A program made the translations under genes and the position numbers. Source: an uncultured delta proteobacterium (GTDB lineage: Bacteria > Desulfobacterota > Binatia > JACPRU01). Taken from it: a stretch of 64,000 nt of DNA. Below the pieces are notes generated by a model, which made no database searches, was not told the origin of the DNA, and saw only the letters and a program-made list of their open reading frames with translations. Shown here in pieces: positions 10,831 to 22,820 of this stretch. Every line of letters starts with the position of its first letter. Within the stretch, counting starts at the first letter, position 1. The stretch lies in assembly GCA_963745025.1 (NCBI GenBank), contig CAVUWD010000002.1:32001-96000 (forward strand), in the 5' to 3' direction.

Positions 10831-10988
10831 GAACCTCCCCGGAGACAGCGCACGCTTCCATCTGTAGGTCGCTGCGGCGACCCGTGACCGCATCTACGGT
10901 CTCGCGTTCTCTCTCCGCGGCGAAGACGCGTTCAACGTCCTCCCGCGCGTGACACCGCGCGGCGACACTGTGCTCAGCTCGGGCTGCG

Positions 10989-11996
10989 ATGAGGGAAGGA
11001 GCACTCAAGACGTGGCTTTTCCGTGCCGCGACTGAGCTTCGTTTGCCGGCAATCGCTGGGGCGTGGATCCGTGGGGTGCCCATTCTCGCCTACCACGGAG
11101 TTACGGCCAGCCCCTCATTACCGCTCGCCAATCTTCGCCGCTTGCACGTTCCGGCTCCGCGCTTCGAGGAGCATTTGCGAGTGCTCAGCTCGGAGTGGCA
11201 CCCAGTCGCGCTGCGTGATCTCGTCGAGGCGATCGAGGCTCGCCGGCAACTTCCGGCTCAGAGCGTTGTGGTCACGTTCGACGATGGCTACCGGAACGTC
11301 CTCACGACTGCTCTACCATTGCTGCGCCAGTACTCCGTCCCCGCGACTGTGTTCGTCGTGACTCACAACGCGCGCCGCATGTGGGAGGACGAGGTCGAGG
11401 TGGCGGTGGAACTCGCCGAGGTCGAGGCGCTTCGCTGGAACGGGGCCGTATACGGGCTGCACTCGCTTGAAGAGAAGCGCCGTACGCTGGCAGCCGTCAT
11501 GACGGCGTTGCAGCATCTCGGTCCGGCGCGCGAGCGCGCGATAGAAGAGCTGGTGAAGGCGCTCGGGGCGCAGTGCTTTCCGAAGGATGACGATCGCGAC
11601 CTTCTCGATTGGGAAGAGGTCACCACGCTGCAACACGAGGGCGTGGAGATCGGCTCGCACGCCGACAGGCACGATCCCCTGACGGAGCGGGCGATCCCCG
11701 ACGTGCGAGCGGGGCTCTGCAAGAGCCACGAGGCGCTCGCGAGCCACCTCGGCCCGCGACGCTACCCGCTTGCGTATCCGTACGGCGCCAGTGGCGACGC
11801 AATCTCCGCGGCGGCCCGCGACGCGGGCTTCTCCTGCGCCGTGATCAGTCGGCCGGGATTCAACGACTCGAAGGCGGACCTCTTCGCCCTCAAGCGGTTC
11901 CTGATCGGCGCCGACGACGACGAGCTCCGGCTGCGCGCTTCGCTGTCGGGACTGCGGGCCCTTGGTCAGTCGGGCCGCGCCTGGGGCCTCGCATGA
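10989..11996 (+). CDS. Polysaccharide deacetylase (CE4)
   Basis: ILAYHGV, VTFDDGY, EIGSH, AYPYG. Confidence 0.9.
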   Translation: MREGALKTWLFRAATELRLPAIAGAWIRGVPILAYHGVTASPSLPLANLRRLHVPAPRFEEHLRVLSSEWHPVALRDLVEAIEARRQLPAQSVVVTFDDGYRNVLTTALPLLRQYSVPATVFVVTHNARRMWEDEVEVAVELAEVEALRWNGAVYGLHSLEEKRRTLAAVMTALQHLGPARERAIEELVKALGAQCFPKDDDRDLLDWEEVTTLQHEGVEIGSHADRHDPLTERAIPDVRAGLCKSHEALASHLGPRRYPLAYPYGASGDAISAAARDAGFSCAVISRPGFNDSKADLFALKRFLIGADDDELRLRASLSGLRALGQSGRAWGLA

Positions 11997-12751
11997 GTGT
12001 GGCGAGCGGTGCCGGGATGTATCGACGACCGGAGATCGTTGCCTACTACGATCGCCACCAGGATTTGCAGGGCGCAGAGCGCCTGCTCTTTGATCGCTAC
12101 GTCAAACCGGGCGCCGAGATCCTCGACCTCGGCGTCGGCGCCGGACGGACGACCCCTCACCTCGCTCGGATAGCTTCACGCTACGTCGGCGTCGATTGCT
12201 CCGACGCGATGGTCGCGCGCTGCCGCGAGAGGTTCCCCGACCTCGAGGTTCTTCAGCTCGACGCGACAGACCTTTCGGCCATCGAAGCCGGCTCCTTCGA
12301 CACGGTTGTTTTCTCTTTCAACGGCATCGACGACATTCCCACCCGCGAAGGCCGTCGGTGCTGCCTCGCGGAGTGCGCGCGCGTGCTGCGGTCGAACGGC
12401 TGCTTTCTCTTCTCCGTGCACAATCCGCGCTACCTCGTCTTCGCCCCGCAGCTCGACGGCGTTGGGCCGATGCGGGCGGCGTGGCGGCTCAGCTACGCGG
12501 CGCTGCATACCGCCGCGTGTGTCGCGACTCGACTGCCTTCAACGGCGTTCTGGCGGGGATCGGGGTACGTTTTCGATCCGATGGGCCCAGCGATCGCCAA
12601 GATTTACGTCGCCGCCCCTGACGAAGTGAGCCGCGAGCTAGCCGAGGCGGGCCTCGAGGTTGATCAGCGAGTCCCTGGGCAGTTCCCTCGCGGCGGCGGC
12701 CGCTTCCGCACCCCCTGGTACTACTATGCGTGCGTCAAGCGCGGCGATTGA
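11993..12751 (+). CDS. Class I SAM-dependent methyltransferase
   Basis: ILDLGVGAGRTT, FSFNGID, RVLRSNG. Confidence 0.85.
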   Translation: MSVASGAGMYRRPEIVAYYDRHQDLQGAERLLFDRYVKPGAEILDLGVGAGRTTPHLARIASRYVGVDCSDAMVARCRERFPDLEVLQLDATDLSAIEAGSFDTVVFSFNGIDDIPTREGRRCCLAECARVLRSNGCFLFSVHNPRYLVFAPQLDGVGPMRAAWRLSYAALHTAACVATRLPSTAFWRGSGYVFDPMGPAIAKIYVAAPDEVSRELAEAGLEVDQRVPGQFPRGGGRFRTPWYYYACVKRGD

Positions 12752-13670
12752 GGGCGGCAGAGCGGCGGCGCCGGGCGGCTACGTTCCGCTCGCGCTCCAG
12801 CCCGACTGGGTTCTCGAGCGCTACTACGGCTGGTCGGTCCTACACCACGACTCCTGCCTGAAACTCCTCGCGCGTCGCTCGTCTCCGGTAGCTCGGTATC
12901 TGTTGCTCGCCAAAGGCGTGTCTCGCGAGCGAGTCGATGAGGTTATCGCATCTCATCACATCTTTCGGGCGGCGAGCATCGTGTCGTTCAACGACTTCTC
13001 GGGGACCGACAGTGAGCGGACCCGCGCCGTCGCTGGACGAACGATGCGTCGAGTGAGCGGCTCTCGATGGTTCGGCATCGGGACATTCGTGCTCGATCTG
13101 GACGAGGAGGAACCCGCTCTCTGGCGCAGGATCACCGCTCGCGAGCGCGGCAACTGCGAGAGCGCGGGCCGGCGGGGAGTGCGGATCGAGCTAACCAAGC
13201 GTCCGTCGCGGCACGAGCTCAACCACTTTCTGAAGCTCTACGAGCCAATGGCCCGTGAGCGCGGGCTCGAGCGTATCGGTGAGGAATTTGTCAACGCAAT
13301 CTCGGGCTCGGAATCCTTCACGCTTGCACGCTGCCTCGATACCGCTGGTCGAACGGCCATTGCGAACCTAGTCTACCGCGCCCACGATCAGGGCTATTTC
13401 TTGGCAAGCGCGCGAGCGGCTGAGACGCCGGCCGGTGGTGGGCGCCTAGTCCATTGGGAGGTCGCAAGACAGCTCAAACGTGAGCGGTACCGCTTCTATG
13501 ATCTCGGCCTGGTCGCGAGCCTCGACCGCGCAGATGGAATCTCCAGTTTCAAGCGCTCTCTCGGCGGCGCGTTCGTCTCTTCGGGGGCCGAATTCGAATG
13601 GGTCTCGCCGCTACTCGCGCCCTTGGTGAAGCTCTTCGAGCTGCGGAGGATGGCGTATGCGTCTCGCTAG
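12726..13670 (+). CDS. FemAB/GNAT-like acyl or aminoacyl transferase (start uncertain)
   Basis: TFVLDL..EEPALW, VHWEV..YRFYDLG, GISSFKRSLGG. Confidence 0.7.
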   Translation: MRASSAAIEGGRAAAPGGYVPLALQPDWVLERYYGWSVLHHDSCLKLLARRSSPVARYLLLAKGVSRERVDEVIASHHIFRAASIVSFNDFSGTDSERTRAVAGRTMRRVSGSRWFGIGTFVLDLDEEEPALWRRITARERGNCESAGRRGVRIELTKRPSRHELNHFLKLYEPMARERGLERIGEEFVNAISGSESFTLARCLDTAGRTAIANLVYRAHDQGYFLASARAAETPAGGGRLVHWEVARQLKRERYRFYDLGLVASLDRADGISSFKRSLGGAFVSSGAEFEWVSPLLAPLVKLFELRRMAYASR

Positions 13671-14838
13671 CTCTGCGGTCGGCGCGGGTGTGGCGCAGCA
13701 TCAGCGCCTAGGCGCCGCTCGCTCGCGAGACTGGCGCTGCTTGCTCGTTGGCGTATCGGGGCACGGTGGCGAGGAGGTCTATTCCACCCTGCTGCGCGAT
13801 CACGTGCCCGAGGGATTCCGCTCGGTCGCGACGTTCGACTTCCACTCCTCCTGCGGGCTCGGCCGCTGCCGCGTCCTTCAGGAGATCGCGCTCAATCGCC
13901 TCGCGCATCCGCTGGTGCCCTTTGACATGGGGTTCCGTGTCCTCGACGTGGCTCGCGAGGCCGACCTCGTGCACGTGCACACCCACCCGACCGTCTTGCG
14001 TGGCCTCGGCGCGCGGCCCGTCGTGTACAGCGCGGGCTCGAGCCACTACCACTACGTTCGCTACTACGAGGGCTGGAGCGAAGAGCGGATCGATGCAGCC
14101 TACGCGCGAGCGCGCCGGCTTTACCGTAGGCTCGGCGTGCTCGATGCGCTGCTCAACCACGAGCGCATCACGCTTGCTTACACGTTTTCGAGCTGGGCGC
14201 GCGAAAGGTATCTGCAGGAGGGCGTGCCCGAGTGGAAGATCCGCGTCCTTCCTCCGGGCTTCGACATCTCCGAGCCGCCCGTTCGAGCCGCGAGGTCGAC
14301 GGTCACGTTTCTGTTTCTCGGGCGCCAGCCGAGGCGGAAGGGTGGAGACGCCGTCCTCGAAGCGTTTGCGCGGCTGCGCGCTTCGCGTCCGGAAGCGCGG
14401 CTTCTCTACGTGAGCGATGAATTGCCCGCGCCGCCCACGAAAGGTGTGGAGCCGAGGCCGCTGGTGCCCGCGGCGGAGGTCGGCGCGCTCTACCGCGCGG
14501 CCGACGTGTTCGTAAATCCAACCCGCGCCGAGGGATTCGGGTTCACCAACGTCGAAGCGCAGGGACACGGCCTGCCGGTCATCAGCAGCCGGCTCGGGGC
14601 GATCCCGGAGGTGGTCGAAGACGGGCGAACGGGCATCCTGCTCGACCCGCAGAGGCCGGACGAGCTCCTCTCGGCCATGGAGCGATTCGCGGCGGACGGC
14701 ACGATGCGCCGCGCGATGGCTGCGGCGGCCCGCCGCCGGTTCGACGAGCGCTTCTCCCTCTCCGTCTTCCGCTCGGCGCTGCGAGATCTGTACCAAGAAG
14801 CCACGGAACGGGCCCAAGCAGGCGCGCGCCATGACTGA
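13657..14838 (+). CDS. Glycosyltransferase family 4
   Basis: RKGG, DVFVNPTRAEGFGFTNVEAQGHGLPVI (E-x7-E). Confidence 0.9.
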   Translation: MRLASSAVGAGVAQHQRLGAARSRDWRCLLVGVSGHGGEEVYSTLLRDHVPEGFRSVATFDFHSSCGLGRCRVLQEIALNRLAHPLVPFDMGFRVLDVAREADLVHVHTHPTVLRGLGARPVVYSAGSSHYHYVRYYEGWSEERIDAAYARARRLYRRLGVLDALLNHERITLAYTFSSWARERYLQEGVPEWKIRVLPPGFDISEPPVRAARSTVTFLFLGRQPRRKGGDAVLEAFARLRASRPEARLLYVSDELPAPPTKGVEPRPLVPAAEVGALYRAADVFVNPTRAEGFGFTNVEAQGHGLPVISSRLGAIPEVVEDGRTGILLDPQRPDELLSAMERFAADGTMRRAMAAAARRRFDERFSLSVFRSALRDLYQEATERAQAGARHD

Positions 14839-15841
14839 AGCGAATCATCCAGCGAGCGCAGAGCGCACCCTCGTGTCCGTGGTCATCGTCAACTGGAATA
14901 CGAGGGACCTCCTCGAGGATTGCATCGCTTCCGTGGAGAGACATCTCGTGGGAACGCCGCACGAGGTGATCGTCGTCGACAACGGCTCCACCGACGGATC
15001 GGCGGAGTTCGTTGCCAGGCGTTTTCCCGAGACTCGGCTCCTGACGAACTCCGAGAACCTCGGATTCGGCCGGGCCAATAATCAAGGAATGGCGGTCGCC
15101 TGCGGCGACTTCCTGCTGCTCCTGAACAGCGACGCGCGTCTGCCGGACGGGTCGGTTCGCGCGCTGCTCGAGTTGCTGCGCGACAGGCCCGACGTGGGCG
15201 TGGTCGGTCCGCGCCTCGAAGACGCGACCGGCAATCTCCAGCCGAGTGCCTATCGCTTCGGCTCCATCCCTCTGATGCTCGTCGAGGAGCTCGGCCTCTA
15301 CAAGCTACTGCCCCGCGAGCGCGCGGCAAGCCTACTGCTCGGCGGCTACTGGAGCCACGACGCGGAGCGGCCCGTCGACTGGATCGTCGGTGCCTGCATG
15401 CTGGTTCGCGCCGAGGTGTTCCGCGCGACCGGCGGTTTCGATCCGAGCATCTTCCTGTACGGCGAGGAGGAAGAGTGGTGCGCCAGGATCGCCGCCGCCG
15501 GATGGCGCATCGTCTACTCGCCGCGCGCGCGGGTCACGCACCTCGGCCACCAGACCACGCGGAGGTTCTTCGGGGAGACCTCGCGGGTCGAGCGCTGTCT
15601 GGAAGCGTCCGACAGGTTGCTTGCGCGCCGCAGCGGATTGGCGGGCTCGGTCGCCGGCCCGGCCGTACGCGTCGCGGGGGCGCTCCTCAAATTAGCGAAA
15701 ATCTCCGTCGCGCGCTCGATCGGCCGCGCGCGTGCGAGCGACGCTGAAGTGCGTGCGCTCGCCACCACTGTGCTGCGTTACTACGGGCGGCAACTTCGCT
15801 GGCAGAGATCGGCGATCGGAGCCGATCCCGGGACACGATAG
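14831..15841 (+). CDS. Glycosyltransferase family 2, paralogue of 9880-10830
   Basis: VSVVIVNWN, VVDNGSTDGS, NLGFGRANNQ, GGFDPSIFLYGEE. Confidence 0.9.
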   Translation: MTEANHPASAERTLVSVVIVNWNTRDLLEDCIASVERHLVGTPHEVIVVDNGSTDGSAEFVARRFPETRLLTNSENLGFGRANNQGMAVACGDFLLLLNSDARLPDGSVRALLELLRDRPDVGVVGPRLEDATGNLQPSAYRFGSIPLMLVEELGLYKLLPRERAASLLLGGYWSHDAERPVDWIVGACMLVRAEVFRATGGFDPSIFLYGEEEEWCARIAAAGWRIVYSPRARVTHLGHQTTRRFFGETSRVERCLEASDRLLARRSGLAGSVAGPAVRVAGALLKLAKISVARSIGRARASDAEVRALATTVLRYYGRQLRWQRSAIGADPGTR

Positions 15842-15850
15842 GCATTCGTC

Positions 15851-17100
15851 GTGCACCGCGTCCTTATGATCCACTACAACTTCCCGCCGCTCGGCGGAGT
15901 CGCCAGCCTGCGGGCGGCGAAGATGGCGCGTTACCTCGAAGAGTTCGGCTGGGCGCCGATCATCGTTGCGCCGCAGGCGGCGGCGTATCACGAGGACTGG
16001 AGCCTCGCCGTTCGCGACGCCCAGGTGATTCGCACGGCGAGCCTCGAGTGGGCGAAGACCGGCAAGCGCACGGCGCCGATGGCCGGAGTGAACGGGGCGG
16101 CGAAGTCGCCCGCCCGAATTTCCGACGCCCTGAGGACCTGGTGCACCGCGCGCTCTACGTTCCGGATGCGCAGATCGGCTGGTATCCCTTCGCGCTGCGC
16201 TCCGCGCGGCGGGCGATGCGTGAAGAGCGCGTCGACGCCCTTTTCTCCTCGTCGCCTCCGGTGAGCGCTCACCTGATCGCGCGACGCCTCCACCGCGAGT
16301 CGGGCGTCCCGTGGATCGCCGAGTTCCGCGATCTGTGGACGGACTGGCGGTGGAACGGGGCCTGGCGGCAGAGGATCGACGATCGATTCGAAAGGACGAT
16401 CGTCGAAACGGCGACCGGCGTGGTGACCGTCTCGCCGACCTACGCGTCGGTTCTCCAGAGTCGTGGAGCGCGGGCCGTCTGCACGATCACGAACGGGTTC
16501 GATCCGGAAGATTTTTCCGCCACCAACGGTACTCGAGCACGACGTGCTGACGTACGTGGGCGACGTACTACCCGCACAGTCAGGACCTCGGCACGATCCT
16601 GACCGCGTTCGGAAGCCTGAAGCAGGAAGGCCAGCTCCCGCGCTGTCGATTGCAGATCGTCGGCGACTTCCCGTACGAGCTCGCCCACCTGATCGACGAG
16701 ACGCGGCTCGGCGCATCGGTGGAGTGGACCGGGATTCGTTTCACACGAGGAATCGATCCGCCGAATCCTCGCGTCGCGCGCGCTGCTCCTGGCCGGGTCG
16801 GTCGTGTCGGACGAACCGGCGCTGCGTGGTCACATTCCCGGCAAGACCTTCGAGTACCTCGGGTCCGGCAAGCCGATCGTGTTCGCCGGGGATCTGGCGA
16901 GCGACGTCGCACAACTGCTGCGCCCGTTCCCTCAGGCGCGCATGGTCGGTCTCGGCGATGTCTGACGCCGCTCGGGCCGCGCTGCGGTCGCTCGAAGAGG
17001 ATTCCGCCTGCGCACGGCGCCGGTACATTGGAGCGCGTTCACGCACCGCTGTCTCAGCGAGTCGCTCGCGCGATATCTGACCGAGGTCTGCGACCGATGA
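15851..17100 (+). CDS. GT4-like glycosyltransferase (several frameshifts)
   Basis: YNFPPLGG..RAAKMARYL, VPDAQIGW, PWIAEFRDLW, ITNGFD, IPGKTFEYL in different frames; stop overlaps the wzm ATG. Confidence 0.8.
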
Positions 17101-17954
17101 CCGAGATCGCCACGACTCCGGCGTCGGCCGACGATCTGCCTCTGCTGCGCATCCGTCCCTCTTCGGCCAGTCTCCCGACGGCACTCGGCGAGCTCTGGGC
17201 GCACCGCGAGCTGCTCGTCTTCTTCGCCTGGCGCGACCTCAAGGTGCGCTACAAGCAGACGGCGCTCGGCGTGGCGTGGGCGGTGCTGCAGCCGCTTTTC
17301 ATGATGGTCGTCTTCAGCGTGTTCTTCGGGAACCTCGCGAAGGTCTCGTCGGATGGGTTGCCCTATCCGATCTTCGCTTACTGCGGGCTGTTGCCGTGGC
17401 AGCTCTTCGCCTACGCGCTCATCAATGCGGCGAACAGTTTGGTGGTGAACGAGCGGCTGGTGACGAAGGTGTACTTCTCGCGGGTGACGCTCCCCGTCTC
17501 TTCCGTGCTCGCCGGGCTCGTCGACTTCGCGATTGCCTTCGTCCTGCTTCTCGCCCTGATGGCGTACTACGGCTGCGCTCCATCTCCGGCCATTCTCGCG
17601 CTGCCGTTCTTCCTGCTTCTGGCAATCGGTGCCGCCATCGCTGTCGGCCTCGGCCTCTCGGCGCTGAACGTTCGCTACCGCGACGTCCGCTACACGCTGC
17701 CGTTTCTGACGCAGGTCTGGCTGTTCGCCACGCCGATCGCTTACCCGAGCAGTCTCGTGCCTGATCGATGGCGGCCTCTGTATGCTCTCAATCCGATGGT
17801 GAGCGTCGTGGACGGCTTCCGCTGGGCGCTGCTCGGTGCCCCGCGGCCGCTCGCGACGACGGTCGCCGTGTCGTCCCTGGTGGTCGTCGCCGGGCTCTTC
17901 GCGAGCCTGCGATATTTCGTGCGCGTCGAGCGCAGCTTCGCCGACGTGGTGTGA
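17097..17954 (+). CDS. wzm: ABC-2 polysaccharide exporter permease
   Basis: [37 protein letters not shown]. Confidence 0.95.
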   Translation: MTEIATTPASADDLPLLRIRPSSASLPTALGELWAHRELLVFFAWRDLKVRYKQTALGVAWAVLQPLFMMVVFSVFFGNLAKVSSDGLPYPIFAYCGLLPWQLFAYALINAANSLVVNERLVTKVYFSRVTLPVSSVLAGLVDFAIAFVLLLALMAYYGCAPSPAILALPFFLLLAIGAAIAVGLGLSALNVRYRDVRYTLPFLTQVWLFATPIAYPSSLVPDRWRPLYALNPMVSVVDGFRWALLGAPRPLATTVAVSSLVVVAGLFASLRYFVRVERSFADVV

Positions 17955-19267
17955 TGGGCTCCCTGGCGATCCGAGCGCGCGGCATCGGCAAGCAGTACCG
18001 CATCGGGGCGGCCGAGCCCTACCGGACGTTCCGCGAGGCTCTCGTCCTCGCCGCCCGCGCGTCGCTGCGCGCGCTACGCGGGGAGCGCGAGGAGCCGCCG
18101 ACCGTCTGGGCGCTGCGCGACGTCTCCTTCGACGTTCGCCCGGGGAGATCGTCGGCATCATCGGCCGCAACGGCGCGGGCAAGAGCACGCTGCTCAAGAT
18201 TCTGTCGCGCATCACCGCGCCGACCACCGGACGAGATCGAGCTCCGCGGCCGCGTCGGCGCTCTGCTCGAGGTCGGCACCGGTTTCCATCCCGAGCTGAC
18301 CGGACGCGAGAACATCTACCTGAACGGCGCGATCCTCGGCATGAAGCGCGCCGAGATCCGGCGCAAGTTCGACGACATCGTCGCGTTCTCGGAGATCGAG
18401 AAGTTCCTCGACACCCCGGTCAAGCACTACTCGAGCGGCATGTACATGCGGCTGGCGTTCGCGGTGGCGGCGCACCTCGAACCGGAGATCCTGATCGTCG
18501 ACGAGGTGCTGGCGGTGGGCGACGCGAGCTTCCAGAAGAAGTGCTTGAACAAGATGGAGGACGTCAGTCGCGAAGGGCGGACGGTGCTGTTCGTCTCCCA
18601 CAATATGCCCGCCGTGACTCGTCTTTGTCCGCGGACCATTCTTTTGGACAATGGCCGAGTGAAGAAGGACGGTCCTTCGCACGAGATCGTGAGCGCCTAC
18701 CTCACTTCGGGCTTGGGCACGACGGCTTGCCGTGAGTGGCGAGACGCATCCGGAGCCCCCGGAGACGAGTTCGTGCGAATGCTGGCGGTGTCCGTTCGGG
18801 ACGAGCAGGGCGCCGTAGTCGATTCCGTATCGATAACGACCCCGGTGGCGCTCGAGATCGAATATCAAGTGCTCGAAGGCGGACGGCGGTTGGTGCCGAA
18901 CTTTCACGTTCTGAATCAGGAAGGCGCCTACGTCTTCGTCACGAGCGAGGTCGACTCGCCGTGGTATCGACGCGAGCGTCCCCCCGGGCGATACGTGAGC
19001 CGAGCGTGGATTCCCGGCAACTTTCTCGCCGAGGGAACCTTCGTCGTAGGCGCAGCCATCAGCACCATGGATCCCGTTCGTGTCCACGCCTGGGAGCGCG
19101 ACGCGGTGGCGTTTCAGGTGGTCGACGACTTCGGCGGAAACACCGCACGCGGGGAATACGGCGGCCCGATACCCGGCCCGGTTCGTCCACTTCTCAAATG
19201 GGAAACGATCTTCGAGCCGGCGGCGTCTTCCCTCCGTAACGCAGCCGGTGTCCGGGGCACCCGATGA
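17954..19267 (+). CDS. wzt: ABC polysaccharide exporter ATPase with C-terminal Wzt_C carbohydrate-binding domain (frameshifts near Walker A)
   Basis: [20 protein letters not shown] (other frame), [24 protein letters not shown]. Confidence 0.92.
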   Translation: MGSLAIRARGIGKQYRIGAAEPYRTFREALVLAARASLRALRGEREEPPTVWALRDVSFDVRPGRSSASSAATARARARCSRFCRASPRRPPDEIELRGRVGALLEVGTGFHPELTGRENIYLNGAILGMKRAEIRRKFDDIVAFSEIEKFLDTPVKHYSSGMYMRLAFAVAAHLEPEILIVDEVLAVGDASFQKKCLNKMEDVSREGRTVLFVSHNMPAVTRLCPRTILLDNGRVKKDGPSHEIVSAYLTSGLGTTACREWRDASGAPGDEFVRMLAVSVRDEQGAVVDSVSITTPVALEIEYQVLEGGRRLVPNFHVLNQEGAYVFVTSEVDSPWYRRERPPGRYVSRAWIPGNFLAEGTFVVGAAISTMDPVRVHAWERDAVAFQVVDDFGGNTARGEYGGPIPGPVRPLLKWETIFEPAASSLRNAAGVRGTR

Positions 19268-20033
19268 AGGTCGTGATTCTCGCCGGCGGACTCGGCACGC
19301 GGCTCTCCGAGGAGACCGAGGTCAAGCCGAAGCCGATGGTCGAGATCGGCGGCCGGCCGATTCTCTGGCACATCATGAAGCACTACGCCCACCACGGCTT
19401 CAAGGAGTTCGTCATCGCCCTTGGCTACAAGGGCGAGGTCATCAAGCGCTACTTCCTCGACTATGCGGCGATCTCCGGCAGCATGACCGTCCATCTCGCG
19501 ACCGGGCGCGTCGAGCAACACGAATCACCGCCGGAGGATTGGACGGTCCAGCTCTTCGACACGGGACTGCACACCCTCACCGGCGGTCGGGTGAAGCGGC
19601 TGCAGCACGCGCTCGGCCGCGAGACGTTCATGGTCACCTACGGCGACGGCGTCTGCAACGTCGATCTCGGCGCCTTGCTGCGCTTCCACCAGTCGCACGG
19701 CAAGCTCGCGACGGTCACCGCGGTGCGGCCGCCGGCGCGCTTCGGCGGCCTCGTGTTCGATGGCGACAGCGTGGCGAGTTCACGGAGAAGCCGCAGATCG
19801 GCGAAGGCTGGATCAACGGGGGCTTCCTCGTCTTCGAGCCGGGGATTCTCGACCACCTGGCGGAGGACGGCTCGAGCCTGGAGGGGGATCTCCTGGAGCG
19901 GCTCGCGAGCGACGGGCAGCTCGCGGCGTATCGCCACGACGGCTTCTGGCAGTGCATGGACACGCTGCGCGACGTGAGGCTCCTCGAGTCGCTGTGGCAG
20001 GGGGGCTCTCCACCCTGGAAGGTCTGGCGGTGA
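19264..20033 (+). CDS. rfbF: Glucose-1-phosphate cytidylyltransferase (one frameshift)
   Basis: [51 protein letters not shown]. Confidence 0.92.
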
Positions 20034-21013
20034 CGGCGAGCGGATTCTGGCGCGACCGGCCGACGCTGGTCACCGGCGCCACCGGGCTCGTCGGCGGCGC
20101 TCTCGTTCCGCGGCTGGTGGACTCCGGCGCCGACGTGACTTGCCTGGTACGCGATTGGGTGCCGCAATCCGAGCTCGTCCGCTCGGCCATGATCGACCGC
20201 GTCAAGACCGCTCGCGGCGACGTGTGCGACCAGGCGCTGCTCGAGCGCGTGCTCGGCGAGTACGAGATCGACACGGTCATCCATCTCGCCGCGCAGACCA
20301 TCGTCGGCATCGCCAACCGCAATCCCGTCTCGACCTTCGAGACCAACATCGCCGGCACCTGGGCGCTGCTCGAGGCCTGCCGCCGGAGCCCCAGCGTCAA
20401 GCAGATCGTGCTCGCCTCGTCCGACAAGGCCTACGGCGAGCAGGAGGAGCTTCCCTACACGGAGGAGACGCCGCTGCTCGCGCGTCATCCCTACGACGTG
20501 AGCAAGTCGTGCGCCGACCTGATCGCGCGAGCCTACGCCGACACCTTCGGTCTGCCGGTCGTCATCACCCGCTGCGGCAACTTCTACGGCGGCGGCGATC
20601 TCAACTGGAATCGCATCGTGCCCGGCACGATCCGCTCCGTGCTGCGCGGCGAACGGCCGGTGATCCGCTCCGACGGAACCTTCGTCCGCGACTACTTCTA
20701 CGTCGAGGACGGCGCCGCCGCCTACATGCTTCTCGCCGAACGCCTGGCGGAGAATCCCGAGCTGCGCGGCCAGGCGTTCAACTTCTCCAACGAGACCCAG
20801 GTCACTGCCGCGGACCTGGTCAAACGGATCCTCGAGCTGATGGGAAGTCGGCTCGAGCCGGAGATCCGCAACGAAGCGACCCACGAGATCCGCCAGCAGT
20901 ACCTGAGCGCCGCGCAGGCTCGGAACGAGCTCGGCTGGAAGCCGCTCTTCACCCTCGACGAAGGTCTCGGGCGAACCATCGCATGGTACCGGAAGCTGCT
21001 GGCGACCCCGTGA
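20030..21013 (+). CDS. rfbG: CDP-glucose 4,6-dehydratase-like
   Basis: [49 protein letters not shown]. Confidence 0.8.
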   Translation: MTASGFWRDRPTLVTGATGLVGGALVPRLVDSGADVTCLVRDWVPQSELVRSAMIDRVKTARGDVCDQALLERVLGEYEIDTVIHLAAQTIVGIANRNPVSTFETNIAGTWALLEACRRSPSVKQIVLASSDKAYGEQEELPYTEETPLLARHPYDVSKSCADLIARAYADTFGLPVVITRCGNFYGGGDLNWNRIVPGTIRSVLRGERPVIRSDGTFVRDYFYVEDGAAAYMLLAERLAENPELRGQAFNFSNETQVTAADLVKRILELMGSRLEPEIRNEATHEIRQQYLSAAQARNELGWKPLFTLDEGLGRTIAWYRKLLATP

Positions 21014-22248
21014 CGGGCAGCGCATTCCGCTGTCGCTCCTGCGGCTCGGCCGACATCGTGCCCGTGCTCTCGCTCGGGCGGACGCCCCTCGCCAACGCGC
21101 TCCTGACGGAGGGCCAACTCGAAGGGGAAGAGGATACTTATCCGCTCGACCTCGTGTTCTGCCGAAGCTGCACGCTCGTGCAGATCACCGAGACGGTGCC
21201 GCCGGAGCGGCTGTTTCGCGAGTACCTCTATTTCTCGTCGTTCTCGGACACCATGCTCGGCCACGCGCAAGCTCTCGTCGGGCGGATCGTGGGGGAGCGC
21301 CGCTTGGGTCGCGATCACCTGGTCATCGAGGTCGCAAGCAACGACGGCTATCTCCTGCAGTACTACAGGGATCGAGGAGTGCCGGTCCTCGGCATCGAGC
21401 CCGCGACCAACGTCGCGCAGGTTGCGCGGGAAGAGCGTGGCATCCCGACTCTGTGCGAGTTCTTCGGGGAGGAACTCGCTCGGCAGCTCCACGGGGAGGG
21501 CCGGGGCGCCGACGTCATCCACGCCAACAACGTGCTCGCCCACGTGGCCGACCTCAACGGTTTCGTCGCCGGCCTGCGCCTCCTCCTGAAGCCCGACGGC
21601 GTGGCGGTCATCGAGGTCCCGTACGTCAAGGACATGATCGACCGCTGCGAGTTCGACACGATCTACCACGAGCACCTCTGCTACTTCTCGCTGACCGCGC
21701 TCGAGCACCTGCTGCGCCGGCACGGCCTCGCGCTCCGGGCCGTCGAGCGTCTTCCGATCCACGGCGGTTCGCTGCGGCTCTTCGTCGTCCACGCCGACGA
21801 CGCTCAGCCCGATGACTCGGTGAGCGCGTTGCGACGAGAAGAGGAGGCCTGGGGTGTGGACCGGCCCGACTTCTACGAAGGCTTCGCTGCTCATGTGCGA
21901 GCCCTCGGGGCCTCGCTGCGAGCGCTCCTCGAGCAGCTCGCCGGCAACGGCTCGCGGATCGCCGGCTACGGTGCGGCCGCGAAGGCCACCGTGCTTCTGA
22001 ACTTCGCAGGCTTGAGCCGAGACCTGGTGAGCTTCGTCGTCGATCGAAGTCCCCACAAACAGGGACGCTTCATTCCCGGGCCTCGCGTACCAGTTTGTCC
22101 TCCGGAGCGGCTGCTCGAGACTCAGCCCGACTACGTCCTTCTCTTGGCGTGGAACCTCGCCGAGGAAGTTCTCGCGCAGCAGCTGGAGTACCGGCGGCGA
22201 GGCGGGCGGTTCATCATCCCCGTCCCCGAGGTCCGAATCGTTTCGTGA
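21010..22248 (+). CDS. NDP-hexose C-methyltransferase with zinc-binding N-terminus
   Basis: CRSC..PLAN..CRSC, EVASNDG, NNVLAHV, DTIYHEH, IHGGSLR, GYGAAAK. Confidence 0.9.
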   Translation: MTGSAFRCRSCGSADIVPVLSLGRTPLANALLTEGQLEGEEDTYPLDLVFCRSCTLVQITETVPPERLFREYLYFSSFSDTMLGHAQALVGRIVGERRLGRDHLVIEVASNDGYLLQYYRDRGVPVLGIEPATNVAQVAREERGIPTLCEFFGEELARQLHGEGRGADVIHANNVLAHVADLNGFVAGLRLLLKPDGVAVIEVPYVKDMIDRCEFDTIYHEHLCYFSLTALEHLLRRHGLALRAVERLPIHGGSLRLFVVHADDAQPDDSVSALRREEEAWGVDRPDFYEGFAAHVRALGASLRALLEQLAGNGSRIAGYGAAAKATVLLNFAGLSRDLVSFVVDRSPHKQGRFIPGPRVPVCPPERLLETQPDYVLLLAWNLAEEVLAQQLEYRRRGGRFIIPVPEVRIVS

Positions 22249-22790
22249 TCTTCACGGAGACCGAGCTCCCCGGAGCGTACGTCGTCGAGGCCGACCGCTT
22301 CGAAGACGAGCGAGGCTACTTCGAGCGGACCTTCGTCCGCGAGGAGTTCGAGGCCCGCGGGCTGGACACCCGCATCGTGCAGACGGCGGTTTCCTACAAT
22401 CGTCATAAGGGGACGATTCGAGGCATGCACTACCAGGCCGATCCTCACGGGCAGGCGAAGCTCGTCCGCTGCCTGCGCGGCGCGGTCTACGACGTCATCA
22501 TCGACTTGCGGGCGGACTCGGCCACGCACCGCTCTTGGTGCGCCGTGGAGCTGGCCGCAGGGAGTCGCCGGGCGCTCTATGTCCCAAACGGGTTCGCCCA
22601 CGGCTTTCAAACTCTCGAAGACGATACGGAGGTCACGTACCAGATCTCCACCGTGTACAACCCAGCGTCGGAACGCGGCTTCACTTGGAACGACCCAGCG
22701 TTCGGCATCGAATGGCCGTTGCCCGCCACACATCTCTCGGATCGAGACCGCTCGTTTCCCCCTGCGCCGACAAGTAAGGCCGGCCGGTGA
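22245..22790 (+). CDS. rfbC: NDP-4-keto-6-deoxyhexose 3,5-epimerase (RmlC family)
   Basis: DERGYF, GTIRGMHYQ, KLVRC, GFAHGFQTL, WNDP. Confidence 0.9.
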   Translation: MIFTETELPGAYVVEADRFEDERGYFERTFVREEFEARGLDTRIVQTAVSYNRHKGTIRGMHYQADPHGQAKLVRCLRGAVYDVIIDLRADSATHRSWCAVELAAGSRRALYVPNGFAHGFQTLEDDTEVTYQISTVYNPASERGFTWNDPAFGIEWPLPATHLSDRDRSFPPAPTSKAGR

Positions 22791-22820
22791 GGGTTCTCCT
22801 CGTCACGGCGGCTCGCTCGC

